Positions 19,479-29,052 of a DNA stretch of 64,000 nucleotides are shown one piece after another (the first letter of the stretch is position 1; every line of letters starts with the position of its first letter). The notes below the pieces were generated by a model. The model did no database searches, had not been told where the DNA came from, and saw only the letters and a program-made list of their open reading frames with translations. A program made the translations under genes and the position numbers. The stretch comes from an uncultured delta proteobacterium. Lineage in GTDB: Bacteria; Myxococcota_A; Polyangia; Polyangiales; JAFGIB01. The stretch spans positions 704,001 through 768,000 of the forward strand of contig CAVZVA010000009.1 of NCBI GenBank assembly GCA_963778655.1, written 5' to 3'.

Positions 19479-19949
19479 ATGCGCGCACGCCGCCAGCTCG
19501 CCGCCCTGCTCGGGCTGGCCGTCTTGACCGTCGCCTGCGGGCGCTCCGCCAACGAGTCGCCGGTCGAGACCGTGCGCCACTTTCTCGACGCGATGGAGCG
19601 CGGCGCCGACGAGGAAGACGCCCTGCAGGAAGCCTACTCTCTGATGGACGCACCCGCGCGCGCGGCGCTGGCGCGTCGCGCGGCGCGGGCGAGCGCGCTT
19701 TCCGGGCGCAGCTTCCAGCCCTGGCAGATGCTGGCACGCGGGCGCTTCCGCCGGCGCTTCGCGCCCGGCACGCGGGCCGGCATGCACGAGCGCATCGACG
19801 GCGACCACGCGGTGGTCACCGTCAGCGCCGACAAGAGCGGCCCGCGCGCCGACGTGCCGCTGGTACGCGAGCAAGGGCACTGGCGCATTCGGCTCGAGAT
19901 CCCGCCCATGCGCGAGGCGCCGGAGGGCGCGCGACAGCCCGGCGGATAG
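19479..19949 (+). CDS. Hypothetical lipoprotein (NTF2-like)
   Basis: Lipobox TVAC; SPVETVRHFL...IDGDHAVVTV...VPLVREQGHWRI. Confidence 0.75.
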   Translation: MRARRQLAALLGLAVLTVACGRSANESPVETVRHFLDAMERGADEEDALQEAYSLMDAPARAALARRAARASALSGRSFQPWQMLARGRFRRRFAPGTRAGMHERIDGDHAVVTVSADKSGPRADVPLVREQGHWRIRLEIPPMREAPEGARQPGG

Positions 19950-19979
19950 CTGCTATCACCGCAGCCGGCTGGAGGAAGC

Positions 19980-21044
19980 ATGAAGGCTCGAACGCTCGCG
20001 CTGTGTGGGTTGCTGATCTCGGGCTGCGGCGCAGGGCTCAGGCCCACCCTGATCGACGCCGCCTATCACAAGCCGAGCAACGTGGCGGTGTACTTCGCAG
20101 TCGACGACGACAGGGGCGAGCCGGTGGCCGATCTGCTCGCGAGCGACTTCAACATCTACGAGGACGGCAAGCTGGTGTCGCGCGACGAGAGCCGCCAGAC
20201 CATCGTCAATCCCGAAATCGCCGCGGTCCACTACACGCTGCTGCTGGTCGACATGAGCGCCAGCGTCACCGAGAGCGACCAGGTCGGCAAGATCGTGCAA
20301 GCCGCCGACGATTTCGTGGCGCGCGTCGAGCCATATCAGAAGGTCGCGGTCTACGCCTTCGACGGCTCGCCCGACCTATATGAGATCACCCCGTTCACGG
20401 AGTCGGAGCAGCGCACCGAACGCGGCCTCGCGAAGCTGTCGGCGTTCAGCACCCGCGATCCCTCGACCAACCTGCACGGCGCCGTGGTCGAGGCGCTCGG
20501 CAAGCTCAAGCAGGGCTTGAAGCACGCGCGTGTGCCGCTGCGCTTCGGCACGCTGGTCGTGTTCACCGACGGCACCGACCGGGCGGCGCGCGTGCCGCTG
20601 CAACAGATGCTCGACGCGATCGACGCCTCGGACGACTCGATCTTCGCGATCGGCGTGGGCAACGAGATCGACGATCCGACGCTCGCGCGCATCGGCAAGA
20701 GCGGCTACATCCGCGTCGACAACAGCGCGGCGCTGGCGGACGCCTTCAAGCAAATCGGCGACCGCATCGTGCGTTACACGCGCCGCTACTATCTGCTGAG
20801 CTACTGCAGCCCGGCTCGCGCCGGCAAGCACTCGGTGACGGTCGAGGCGAGGACCAAGCACGGCCGCGGCGAGGTCAGTTACGACTTTGACGCGTCCGGC
20901 TTCGCGCCGGGCTGCGACGCCAGCAAGCCGCCGCCCTTCGACGTGACCGGCCGCTCGCTGCGCTCGCGCCGCAAGCTGCTGCTGGCGGACCAGCCGGAGC
21001 AGCACACCAAGTCCGAGCCCGCGGGGCGTGCCGCGGGCAAGTGA
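19980..21044 (+). CDS. VWA-domain lipoprotein
   Basis: Lipobox ISGC; MIDAS-like LLVDMSASV, TNLHGAV, VVFTDG. Confidence 0.85.
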   Translation: MKARTLALCGLLISGCGAGLRPTLIDAAYHKPSNVAVYFAVDDDRGEPVADLLASDFNIYEDGKLVSRDESRQTIVNPEIAAVHYTLLLVDMSASVTESDQVGKIVQAADDFVARVEPYQKVAVYAFDGSPDLYEITPFTESEQRTERGLAKLSAFSTRDPSTNLHGAVVEALGKLKQGLKHARVPLRFGTLVVFTDGTDRAARVPLQQMLDAIDASDDSIFAIGVGNEIDDPTLARIGKSGYIRVDNSAALADAFKQIGDRIVRYTRRYYLLSYCSPARAGKHSVTVEARTKHGRGEVSYDFDASGFAPGCDASKPPPFDVTGRSLRSRRKLLLADQPEQHTKSEPAGRAAGK

Positions 21045-21059
21045 CGTGCGCCCGCGAGC

Positions 21060-21263
21060 TCACTTCGCGGGCGGTACGCCCGCGTCCTGCGTGACGGCGG
21101 CGGGGGTCTTCCCGCTTTGCCCTTGATCGAGCGCGTGGCGCAGGGCCAGGAAGAGCGCCAGCGCGCACAGCAGCCCCAGCCCCAGCAGCGGCACCCAGCG
21201 CGGCGTGTCGCCGGCCTCGTCGACCACGTCGGGCAGCCGGGGTGGTTGCTTCGAGTCGGACAT
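21060..21263 (-). CDS. Small single-pass membrane protein
   Basis: 67 aa; DEAGDTPRWVPLLG followed by a hydrophobic helix. Confidence 0.65.
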   Translation of the reverse strand: MSDSKQPPRLPDVVDEAGDTPRWVPLLGLGLLCALALFLALRHALDQGQSGKTPAAVTQDAGVPPAK

Positions 21264-21322
21264 GCGGCGGCAATGTCGCCGATTTGCGCGCGCCGAGCAA
21301 GGGCCGTGGCCGGCCGTCGCGC

Positions 21323-23875
21323 TCAGCGCCCGATTTCAGGTTCCTGACCCGAGAGCAGCAGGTCCAGGAAGTGCTCCACGTCCGGCCGCCCGTCCTGACC
21401 CGGATCGGTGGCGACGAAGTGCCCGTCGGTCGAGCCCTTGGGCGCGTACTGTTTGAGCCCGATCGTGCGCGCCGCACCGCCTACCAGCTCGTTGTCGACC
21501 AGCGGGGAGGGCGCGCTCGGTTGCTTGAGCATGCTGTCGAGCACCGGCTCGGCCACGGTGAGGCTGGCGGCGCTCGCATATGCACGCTGGGTCTGCACCG
21601 GCGAATAGGTGTCGTCCAGGCCGTAGGTCATGAACACGTGCTGCCCCTGCGGCACCGAGGCGGTGGGATCGCTGTGCACGTGGCGCGCGTAGTTCACTGG
21701 ATCGGCCCGATCCATCACCATCTGCAGGATCGACAGCGCGGGGTTGTAGGCGCCGCCGGCCAGGTTGTACTTGGAGTCAGGGTCGAGCAGGCCCAGCGGA
21801 AGCACGGAGGCGATGTCCACCGGGCTGGTCTTGGTCAGCAACGACGTCGTCAGGTGTCCACCGTTGCCCGAGAGCACCACGCCGGTCAGGTCGGGCTCGA
21901 AGGACATCATCACCGCGCTGTGGGTGGCGCCCTGTGAGTGCCCCATCAATGCGATGTGCGCGACGTCGAAGGGCACCGCGTGCGAGGTCGGCGACGCGGC
22001 GGCGCTGAGCCCACCCAGCTTGACCCAACGCACCACCGACATCAGATCGGCGGCGCCCTGCAGGACGTTGTCGCGCGCGGCGCGCGGGTTCAGGAAGTTG
22101 TAGAACAGATCTTCCGGGGCGTCGGTCGAGTCGCCGCGCCGGTCGCCGTGCTCGGGCATGTCGATCGCCACCAGCGCCGAAGGCACGCTGGCGGTGGCCG
22201 CGACCTCGGCGAAACCGCTCGCCGTCATCTCGTCGGCGAAGCTGCCTCCGGTGCCGTGCGCGAACACCAGCACCGGATAGCCCGCGGCGGGCGCGGCGGC
22301 CGCCGGCACCGACAGCGCGAAGCACACGTCGGCGTGGTCCTGCACCACCGGTGCGCCGCTGCTGTCGAGATCGAAGCCGCCGCCGTCCGAAGGCTCCTTG
22401 TAGGGCGCGGTGCCCTGCTGGAAGATCGGCAGCTTGATGCGGCCGTGGATCTCCACGAACTCGCTGGTCGGGTCGTGGCACTTGCCGCGCCCGCTCGCAT
22501 CCTCGCAGGGGGACTTGGTGTCCGCCGAATCGCACACCGTCAGCTCCGACACGCTCGGCTTCGCGTCGCTCTGGATCTTGTCGCGCAGCTTGGGCAGCAG
22601 CGCGTCCGTGTCCTGAGTGGTGAAGACGGTCGCGTTGAGGATGGTGTCCGCGTTCTGGCCGGTATCGTCGATCCACGCGCGCAGCGGCGCGTACGCATCA
22701 TAGGCCGCCTTCAGCTCCGCGTCGCCGCTGGGTGCGCTGCTGGCGAGCATGGCGTCGAAGTCCTGGCCGCGGGCGTAGCTGCCGCCGGCGCTGGGCACGA
22801 TGTCGTTGGTGATGATCGCGGCGTAGGTGGTGTGCGGGAGCAACGGGTCGCCGGCCGGGCGGTGCAGCGCGAGCCAGTGCGGGCAGATGTAGTGGCTGAG
22901 CGGGCCGGTCGTGGTCTTCCATTCGATGCTGCCCTTGGCGTCGTAGTCGGGTGAGCTGGGCGTGATGTCGACGATCCGCACCGAGCACGGGCCCGGGTCC
23001 TTACACTCGACGCTGCCGAAGTCGTACGGCTGCGAAAAGCGGAAGAACACCACCGGATTGGTCGAGAAGCCGTCGAGGTCCTGCTGGGCGACCTGCACGT
23101 AGCGCTCGACGTAGGGCAGGTTGAGGCTGGCGGGCGGGGTGGGAAAGCCGTTCAGGTCGGGGTGGCCGTCCTTGAGCCGTACGTCATTGGGAAACGGAAG
23201 CTTGAAGAACTCGCCGCCACTGGCACGCGGCACCTCGAAGAAGCTCTCGATCGGATCGGTCGCTTTGACCTCGGCGCACGACACGCCCTCCCAGAACGCG
23301 GGCAGCGCGGGCAGCTCGGTGTCGCTCGCGGGCGGATCGATGCAACGCTTGTCGCCGGCCTTGAGCTCCACGCAGCTCAGGCCCGCCAGGCAGTCGGAGA
23401 GCACGCTGCACTTCTCGCCCTGCTCCTTGTTGCCGCCGTTCTTGCACTCGCCGCTGGTCTGCGCGAGCGCCGACAGGCTGACGGTGCCGAGCTGTGACAG
23501 GTCGGGCGCCTCGCACACCAGGCCGTGTACGCAGCTTCCGGTATTCTGGCAGTTCTCATTTTGGCTGGCGACGCCGGCAGGCTTGCACAGGCGCTGGCTG
23601 CCGCAGTAGTCCTTGTCACCGCACTCCGCGGTCAAGCGGCAGGTCTTGCCGGTCGCGGTGTTGCCCTTGGCCTGGCAACTGCGCTTGACGCAGTACAGCC
23701 CCGCCTTGCACTCGGCGTCGCGAGTGCACGCGCCGTCCACGCCGGCGGCGTAGAGAGGGTCCGCCAGGCAGGTGCGATCGCTCTCCTTGCAGGTGGTCTT
23801 GAAGATCTTGCAACCGCAGAGCGACGCCGACAGGCCGACGGCCAGCAGCGGAGCCAACAGCGAAGAGAAGCGCAT
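21323..23875 (-). CDS. Lipoprotein alpha/beta hydrolase with N-terminal Cys-rich repeats
   Basis: Lipobox LCGC; four C-x5-C-x5-C repeats; LPFPNDVR and DGFSTN; oxyanion-type HGTGG; nucleophile motif GHSQG. Confidence 0.85.
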   Translation of the reverse strand: MRFSSLLAPLLAVGLSASLCGCKIFKTTCKESDRTCLADPLYAAGVDGACTRDAECKAGLYCVKRSCQAKGNTATGKTCRLTAECGDKDYCGSQRLCKPAGVASQNENCQNTGSCVHGLVCEAPDLSQLGTVSLSALAQTSGECKNGGNKEQGEKCSVLSDCLAGLSCVELKAGDKRCIDPPASDTELPALPAFWEGVSCAEVKATDPIESFFEVPRASGGEFFKLPFPNDVRLKDGHPDLNGFPTPPASLNLPYVERYVQVAQQDLDGFSTNPVVFFRFSQPYDFGSVECKDPGPCSVRIVDITPSSPDYDAKGSIEWKTTTGPLSHYICPHWLALHRPAGDPLLPHTTYAAIITNDIVPSAGGSYARGQDFDAMLASSAPSGDAELKAAYDAYAPLRAWIDDTGQNADTILNATVFTTQDTDALLPKLRDKIQSDAKPSVSELTVCDSADTKSPCEDASGRGKCHDPTSEFVEIHGRIKLPIFQQGTAPYKEPSDGGGFDLDSSGAPVVQDHADVCFALSVPAAAAPAAGYPVLVFAHGTGGSFADEMTASGFAEVAATASVPSALVAIDMPEHGDRRGDSTDAPEDLFYNFLNPRAARDNVLQGAADLMSVVRWVKLGGLSAAASPTSHAVPFDVAHIALMGHSQGATHSAVMMSFEPDLTGVVLSGNGGHLTTSLLTKTSPVDIASVLPLGLLDPDSKYNLAGGAYNPALSILQMVMDRADPVNYARHVHSDPTASVPQGQHVFMTYGLDDTYSPVQTQRAYASAASLTVAEPVLDSMLKQPSAPSPLVDNELVGGAARTIGLKQYAPKGSTDGHFVATDPGQDGRPDVEHFLDLLLSGQEPEIGR

Positions 23876-23971
23876 CGGTTCCTCCAGACGGCGGGCGAGG
23901 GCCCGCGGGCCGCGCCGGCATCATATCCCGGGGTCGCCAGCGCTCCAAGGCGGAAGCGCGGCGCCGGCCGC

Positions 23972-25285
23972 TCAGAGCGCGGCTCGCCCGGTCTCGCGAC
24001 CGATCGAACGGGAATGGGGTGACGCGACGGCGCGAGGTCGCATCGATCGAGGCGCTGCTCGGCCCCTCCGCTCGTGTCCCGCGGCGTGCTTGCGGCCTGG
24101 CGCGCGCGCGTCCGCCCGCTCGCGCCCGCCGTCGCGGTGGTGCGTGCGCGCGTGCGCGCGTGCGGCCTCGCGCGCGTGCCGCGGCCGCGCCTGGGCCGGC
24201 GGCTTGGGCTTGTCGGGCGCGACGCGCGCCAGGTCGACCAGCGGGCCGGCCAGCGTCGCGTCCTTGCGCCCGACGAACAGCCGCTCCGGATCGCGCCAGC
24301 GTCCGTTGTCACGAAACTCGAAGTGCAGGTGCGGCCCCCACGCCATGCCGGTGTGGCCGACCAGCGCGATACGCTCGCCGCGCTTGACGTAGTAGCCGGG
24401 CTGCACGGTGACGCGTTGGGTGTGGGCATACAGCGAGGTCCAGCCGCCCGGGTGCAGGATGATGACGGCGTTGCCGAAGCCGTGCAGCGTGTTGTCGCTG
24501 TAGATCACCAGGCCATCTGCCACGGCGCGCACCACCGCGCCCTCGGGCGCGCCGATGTCGACTCCGTTGTGGCGTAGCTCGGGCCGCAGCTTGCGCGTGT
24601 AGCCGAAGCCGCGCCCGAACACGCCGCCGACCACCGGCCACAGCAGCGTCTTGGGCGCCTTGCCCGGCACGGCCGCCAGCAGCTCGGCGCTCGGCCGGTT
24701 CCACAGCAGCTCGCGCGTGGAGGCGTAGCCGCCGATGCCGAGCGCCTCGGCCCGGCGCAGCGAGGCGCCGCGGCGGCGCGGCACGGCGCGCGGCCCCGCG
24801 CTGAAGCGCGAGTAGTCGATGTGCGGGTGGTGAGCCGGCGCGGGCGCGGCCGCCGGGGTTGCTGCCTCCTGCCCGCGCTCCGCGATCGGCGGCGCGTTCG
24901 GTTCCGCAACTTCCGCGGCCGGGGCCGGCGGCGCAGCCTGCGCATCCGCTGCAGCTTGCGCCTCGCCCGCGCGCCGTGCATCCGCCGCAGCGCTTGCCTC
25001 GAGGCCAGCCTGTGCACCCGCTGCACCCGGCGGCTCCGGCTGTGCTTGCGCCTGCGGCTGCTCCGCGGCGGCCTCGACACCCTCGTCCTCGTCTCCGGCG
25101 CGCGCGGGCTCGCCGCGCGCCTGCTCGGGCGCGTCCTGCTCGGCGGCGGCGGGCTGCCCGCTCGGCGCGTGCCCACGAGCGGCAGCCGGTGCGGGCTCGC
25201 CCTCGGCGCGTTCGGCGCGCACCGGGCAAACCGCCACCGCGAGCAGCAGAAACGGGCCCCAGGGAAGCGCGCTGCGCGGGAGCAT
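23972..25285 (-). CDS. M23 family metallopeptidase with low-complexity N-terminus
   Basis: HNGVD, LYAH, GPHLHFE; signal peptide. Confidence 0.9.
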   Translation of the reverse strand: MLPRSALPWGPFLLLAVAVCPVRAERAEGEPAPAAARGHAPSGQPAAAEQDAPEQARGEPARAGDEDEGVEAAAEQPQAQAQPEPPGAAGAQAGLEASAAADARRAGEAQAAADAQAAPPAPAAEVAEPNAPPIAERGQEAATPAAAPAPAHHPHIDYSRFSAGPRAVPRRRGASLRRAEALGIGGYASTRELLWNRPSAELLAAVPGKAPKTLLWPVVGGVFGRGFGYTRKLRPELRHNGVDIGAPEGAVVRAVADGLVIYSDNTLHGFGNAVIILHPGGWTSLYAHTQRVTVQPGYYVKRGERIALVGHTGMAWGPHLHFEFRDNGRWRDPERLFVGRKDATLAGPLVDLARVAPDKPKPPAQARPRHAREAARAHARTHHRDGGRERADARAPGRKHAAGHERRGRAAPRSMRPRAVASPHSRSIGRETGRAAL

Positions 25286-25360
25286 GCCCCACAATCACAC
25301 GGGCGCCACGCGGGTCAACTTTCCGGCCGCGCAGCGGGGGACGAGTGCGGCGTTTCCGCG

Positions 25361-25389
25361 TTGACGCTGCCTCGGGCATTCTTCACAGT
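25361..25389 (+). promoter_or_regulatory. Candidate sigma70 promoter
   Basis: TTGACG-N17-CACAGT upstream of the acyltransferase gene. Confidence 0.3.
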
Positions 25390-25447
25390 GATTGCCGTGA
25401 GTGAACGGCGCTTCGTACCGTCGACGGCGTTGAGCACGGTCCGCGGC

Positions 25448-26329
25448 ATGGCGCCGGACACGGCGTTGCGAGCCGTGTTCAAACGCCTGACCGACGGCGC
25501 GGTCGCGCTCGGCAGCCGGCTCACCGGCCAGGACATCGACGAGCGCATCGCCCAGGCGCTCACGCTCTCGAAGAACGAGATCGGCGTCGATCCCTTCGGC
25601 GCCGACGTCGACACCGTGCGCGCGTCCGCCTCTTTGCTGGTCTATCTGTACCGCTTCTGGTTTCGCGCCGAGGTGCACGGCATCGACAACGTGCCCGAGG
25701 GCCGCGTCTTGCTGGTCTCCAACCACAGCGGACAGATCCCGCTCGACGGCGTGATGATCGCCTGCGCGCTGATCCTCGACGCCAAGCGCCCGCGCTTCGT
25801 GCGCAGCATGATCGAGCGCTTCATCAGCACGCTGCCCTTCTTCTCGATCTGGTTTCCGCGCGTCGGACAGGTGCTGGGCACGCCCGACAACGCGCGCCGC
25901 CTGCTCGAGTCGGAAGAAGCGCTGCTGGTGTTTCCCGAGGGCGTCAAGGGCATCAGCAAGACGTTTGCCGACCGCTACAAGCTGGCGCCGTTCGGACAGG
26001 GTTTCATGCGGCTCGCGCTCGAAAGCGACACCCCGATCGTGCCGGTCGCCGTGATCGGCGCCGAGGAGCAGTACCCGTCCGTCGCCGAAATCCGCAAGCT
26101 CGCCCGGCTGTTGGGCACGCCCTCGGTGCCGATCATCCCCCAGCTGTTCATGGGCATGCTGCTGCCGCTGCCCACCAAGTATCGGCTCTACTTCGGCGAG
26201 CCGCTGCGCTTCTCGGGCGATCCCGACGACGAGGATGCGGCGATCGACGCGAAGGTGTGGGTGGTCCAGGCCACGGTGCAGAGCATGGTCAACCGCGCGC
26301 TGCGCGAGCGCAAAGCGATCTTCTGGTAA
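25448..26329 (+). CDS. Lysophospholipid/1-acylglycerol-3-phosphate acyltransferase family protein
   Basis: LLVSNHSGQIPLDG, LVFPEG, GFMRLAL...PIVPVAVIGAEE. Start uncertain (25397 or 25448). Confidence 0.9.
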   Translation: MAPDTALRAVFKRLTDGAVALGSRLTGQDIDERIAQALTLSKNEIGVDPFGADVDTVRASASLLVYLYRFWFRAEVHGIDNVPEGRVLLVSNHSGQIPLDGVMIACALILDAKRPRFVRSMIERFISTLPFFSIWFPRVGQVLGTPDNARRLLESEEALLVFPEGVKGISKTFADRYKLAPFGQGFMRLALESDTPIVPVAVIGAEEQYPSVAEIRKLARLLGTPSVPIIPQLFMGMLLPLPTKYRLYFGEPLRFSGDPDDEDAAIDAKVWVVQATVQSMVNRALRERKAIFW

Positions 26330-26332
26330 CCG

Positions 26333-27310
26333 ATGACGCGCGCCACCAACGCCGCCGTCTTGGCGCTGAGCCTGGCCGCCAGCGCGTGCCAGGGCAGGGG
26401 CACGCGCGACACCCCGACCGCGGGCGGGCCCGCGCTGGCCTCGCTCGACGGCAGCCGCTTCGTCTGGGTCGACACCGAGTGCAGCGACGGTCCGATCCCG
26501 CTCGGCAGCGTGGGCTTCGAGCGCGAGCTGCGCCTCGCGCTCGAGCACGGCGAGCTGCTGATGACCTTCGATACCGAGCTGCAGGTGCAGGGCTGCGCCA
26601 GCACCCAGGTGTTCGCGGTCAAGCCCGCGCCCAAGGCCGAGCTCTGGCGCTTCGAGCCGCAGGCGCTGGTCACGCTGCCTGCGGATCAAGCGTGCGGCCC
26701 GAGCGAGCATCAGTCGAGCGAGGGCACCCTGCGCCTGTTCGGCGACCAGCTCGAGGTGGTGATGCGGCGCTCGCCCTTCTGCCGCGGCCTGGACGCGCGC
26801 TTCGTGTATCGACGCGCAGAGTGGAAGCGCCTGGACAATCGCCAGCTCGTGCGCCACTACATCGCGGCCTTCGACCGCGCCGACGCCGACGCGGTGGCGG
26901 CGCTGTTCGTCGACAGTGGATCGCTGGTCGAGCCGTTCACCCGCACCGACGACGGCAACTACAAGCGCCACGACGGCCGCGCCCAGGTGCGCGCGTGGTA
27001 CGCGTCCGCGTTCGCGAGCACGCCCTGGCTCGCGATGCGCCTGACCTCGCTCGAGCCCGGCCCGGCCCAGGGCCAGCTGATCGCCGCCTGGGACTATATG
27101 GATGCGGGGTTGGCGGCGCCGCTGCGCGGGCGCAATCTATTCGTGGTCGCCGGCGGCGAGATCTACGAGACCGAGGTGCAATTGATAGACGACCCCAAGC
27201 CCAAGCCCAAGCCAGAAAGCCCGGCGCAGGCCGAGGCCCTGGCGCCCGCTCCTGCTTCGGCGCCCGCTCCGGCTTCGGCTCCCGCCTCGGCGCCGGAGGC
27301 GAAGCGATGA
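26333..27310 (+). CDS. Lipoprotein with C-terminal SnoaL/NTF2-like domain
   Basis: Lipobox ASAC; LVRHYIAAFDRADADAVAALF...GRAQVRAWY. Confidence 0.75.
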   Translation: MTRATNAAVLALSLAASACQGRGTRDTPTAGGPALASLDGSRFVWVDTECSDGPIPLGSVGFERELRLALEHGELLMTFDTELQVQGCASTQVFAVKPAPKAELWRFEPQALVTLPADQACGPSEHQSSEGTLRLFGDQLEVVMRRSPFCRGLDARFVYRRAEWKRLDNRQLVRHYIAAFDRADADAVAALFVDSGSLVEPFTRTDDGNYKRHDGRAQVRAWYASAFASTPWLAMRLTSLEPGPAQGQLIAAWDYMDAGLAAPLRGRNLFVVAGGEIYETEVQLIDDPKPKPKPESPAQAEALAPAPASAPAPASAPASAPEAKR

Positions 27311-28392
27311 GCGAGCAGGTTGCGCCGCAAGCCCGGCGCCGGCGCGCTCGCCCCGCGGCCCGCGCGCACACGCCAGCGCCCGCGGAGCCGCGGCCGCCCG
27401 CGCAGCCAGCGGCGCAGGCGCCCGAGCGCCGCCCGCGCGCCACGCCGCGGCCGATGCCCGCGGTTGGTGCCGAGGGTGCGGTGGTGATCACCGGGATCGT
27501 GGGGCGCATGGGCCAGTTGCTCGCGCGCAAGCTCCACCGCGCCGGCAGGGTCGTGGGCATCGATCGGCGCCCCTTCGACAACCGGCCAGAGGACATCGTC
27601 CACCACCAGCTCGACCTGCGGCGGCGCAAGACGCGCGACATCTTCCGCGCCGGCGGGATCCGCGCGGTGGTTCACCTGGGCGTGATGCACAACCTGCGCG
27701 AGAACGACCGCATTCACCACGAGTGGAATGTGGTCGGCTTCCAGAAGCTGCTCGAGTACATGGCCCAGTACCGCGTGCCCAAGCTGGTGGTGCTCTCGTC
27801 GGCCTCGCTCTACGGCCCCAGCCCGGACAATCCGCAGTTCCTCACCGAGGAAGCACCGCTGCTGGGTGCGCAGGAGTTCTCGCGCATCCGCGACCTGGTC
27901 GAGGTCGACATGCTGGCGCAGAGCTTCTTCTGGAAGGAGCCCGAGCTCGAGACCGTGATCCTGCGTCCCTGCCACATCCTCGGACGCGTGCGCAACGCGC
28001 CCAGCAACTACTGCAGAATGGAACGGCCGGTCACCGTGCTCGGCTTCGATCCGATGATGCAGGTGATCCACGAACGCGATGTGGTGGAGGCGATCGCGCT
28101 GGCGCTGCGGCCGGGCGTACGCGGCATCTTCAACCTGCGCGGTCCCGGCGAGCTGGCGTTGTCGCGCATGCTGCGCCTGGTGGGCAAGCGCCCGCGGGCG
28201 CTGCCCGGGCCGCTGGTCAAAGGCGTGATCTCCAGCTTGTGGTCCTCGCGTGCGGCGAGCTTCCCCACGCCGGAGCTCGACCACCTGCGCTACGTGTGCA
28301 TGGTCGACGACTCGCGCGCCCGCGCGCAGCTCGGCTTCGCGCCGCGCTACGACCTGCAGGCAACCTTGCGCGCGGCGTTCGCGGAGCGCTGA
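27307..28392 (+). CDS. NAD-dependent epimerase/dehydratase family protein
   Basis: VVITGIVGRMG, VVHLG, LSSASLYG, VILRPCHILG, QVIHERDV; ATGA overlap with the upstream gene. Confidence 0.9.
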   Translation: MSEQVAPQARRRRARPAARAHTPAPAEPRPPAQPAAQAPERRPRATPRPMPAVGAEGAVVITGIVGRMGQLLARKLHRAGRVVGIDRRPFDNRPEDIVHHQLDLRRRKTRDIFRAGGIRAVVHLGVMHNLRENDRIHHEWNVVGFQKLLEYMAQYRVPKLVVLSSASLYGPSPDNPQFLTEEAPLLGAQEFSRIRDLVEVDMLAQSFFWKEPELETVILRPCHILGRVRNAPSNYCRMERPVTVLGFDPMMQVIHERDVVEAIALALRPGVRGIFNLRGPGELALSRMLRLVGKRPRALPGPLVKGVISSLWSSRAASFPTPELDHLRYVCMVDDSRARAQLGFAPRYDLQATLRAAFAER

Positions 28393-28408
28393 GCGCGTAG
28401 GTCTCTCG

Positions 28409-28523
28409 GATCACAGGAAGACGGGAAGCGTTGCTTTCTCGGGCAAGACGGCGCAGGCAGTGCATGGTGCTGCGGCCGTTGCGGGCGCTCCATGGACAAA
28501 GCCGATCCTTGCCGCCTTCCTGT
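28409..28523. repeat. Inverted pair of ACAGGAAG repeat between convergent genes (possible bidirectional terminator)
   Basis: gatcacaggaagacgggaag ... cttgccgccttcctgt. Confidence 0.6.
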
Positions 28524-28539
28524 TTCCTGGTCCGCGGCC

Positions 28540-29052
28540 TCAGTCCCGCGCCTGCTTCGGCGGGGCGTCGAGCGCGGCGCGCAGCGCGGCCAGCGCTGCC
28601 TCATTCAGGGCGCCGCCTGCATAGGTGACGTGCCCGCTGCGGTCGAGCACCAGCGTGGCCGGCACGCGCCGCTGGCCTAGCGCATCGGCCAGGCGGAACT
28701 GCTCGTCCACCAGCTGCGGGTAGCGCAGGTCGTGCGCGCTCACGAACTCGGCGACCTTGGCCCGCGGCTCCCCGACCGCGATCGCCACCACCACCGCGCC
28801 GCGCGGCGCGGCGCGCTCGTGCAGGCGCGAGAGCGCGGCGAGCTCTTCGGAGCAGGCCTCGCACCAGGGCGCCCACAGTGCCAGCAGCGCGACCTTGCCC
28901 GAGGTCAGCGCCTGCACCACGGTGGGCCGGCCGTCCAGCGTCGCCACCTCGACCGCGGGCACAGCGCCCGGCAACGGCGCCGCGGGCGCGCGCTGCGCCG
29001 AGCCCGCGCAGGCGCACAGCATCACGCTCAGAAGCCAAAACCAACGCCGCAT
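28540..29052 (-). CDS. TlpA-family thioredoxin-like lipoprotein
   Basis: Lipobox-like ACAG; WAPWCEAC; VPATLVLDRSG. Confidence 0.9.
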   Translation of the reverse strand: MRRWFWLLSVMLCACAGSAQRAPAAPLPGAVPAVEVATLDGRPTVVQALTSGKVALLALWAPWCEACSEELAALSRLHERAAPRGAVVVAIAVGEPRAKVAEFVSAHDLRYPQLVDEQFRLADALGQRRVPATLVLDRSGHVTYAGGALNEAALAALRAALDAPPKQARD

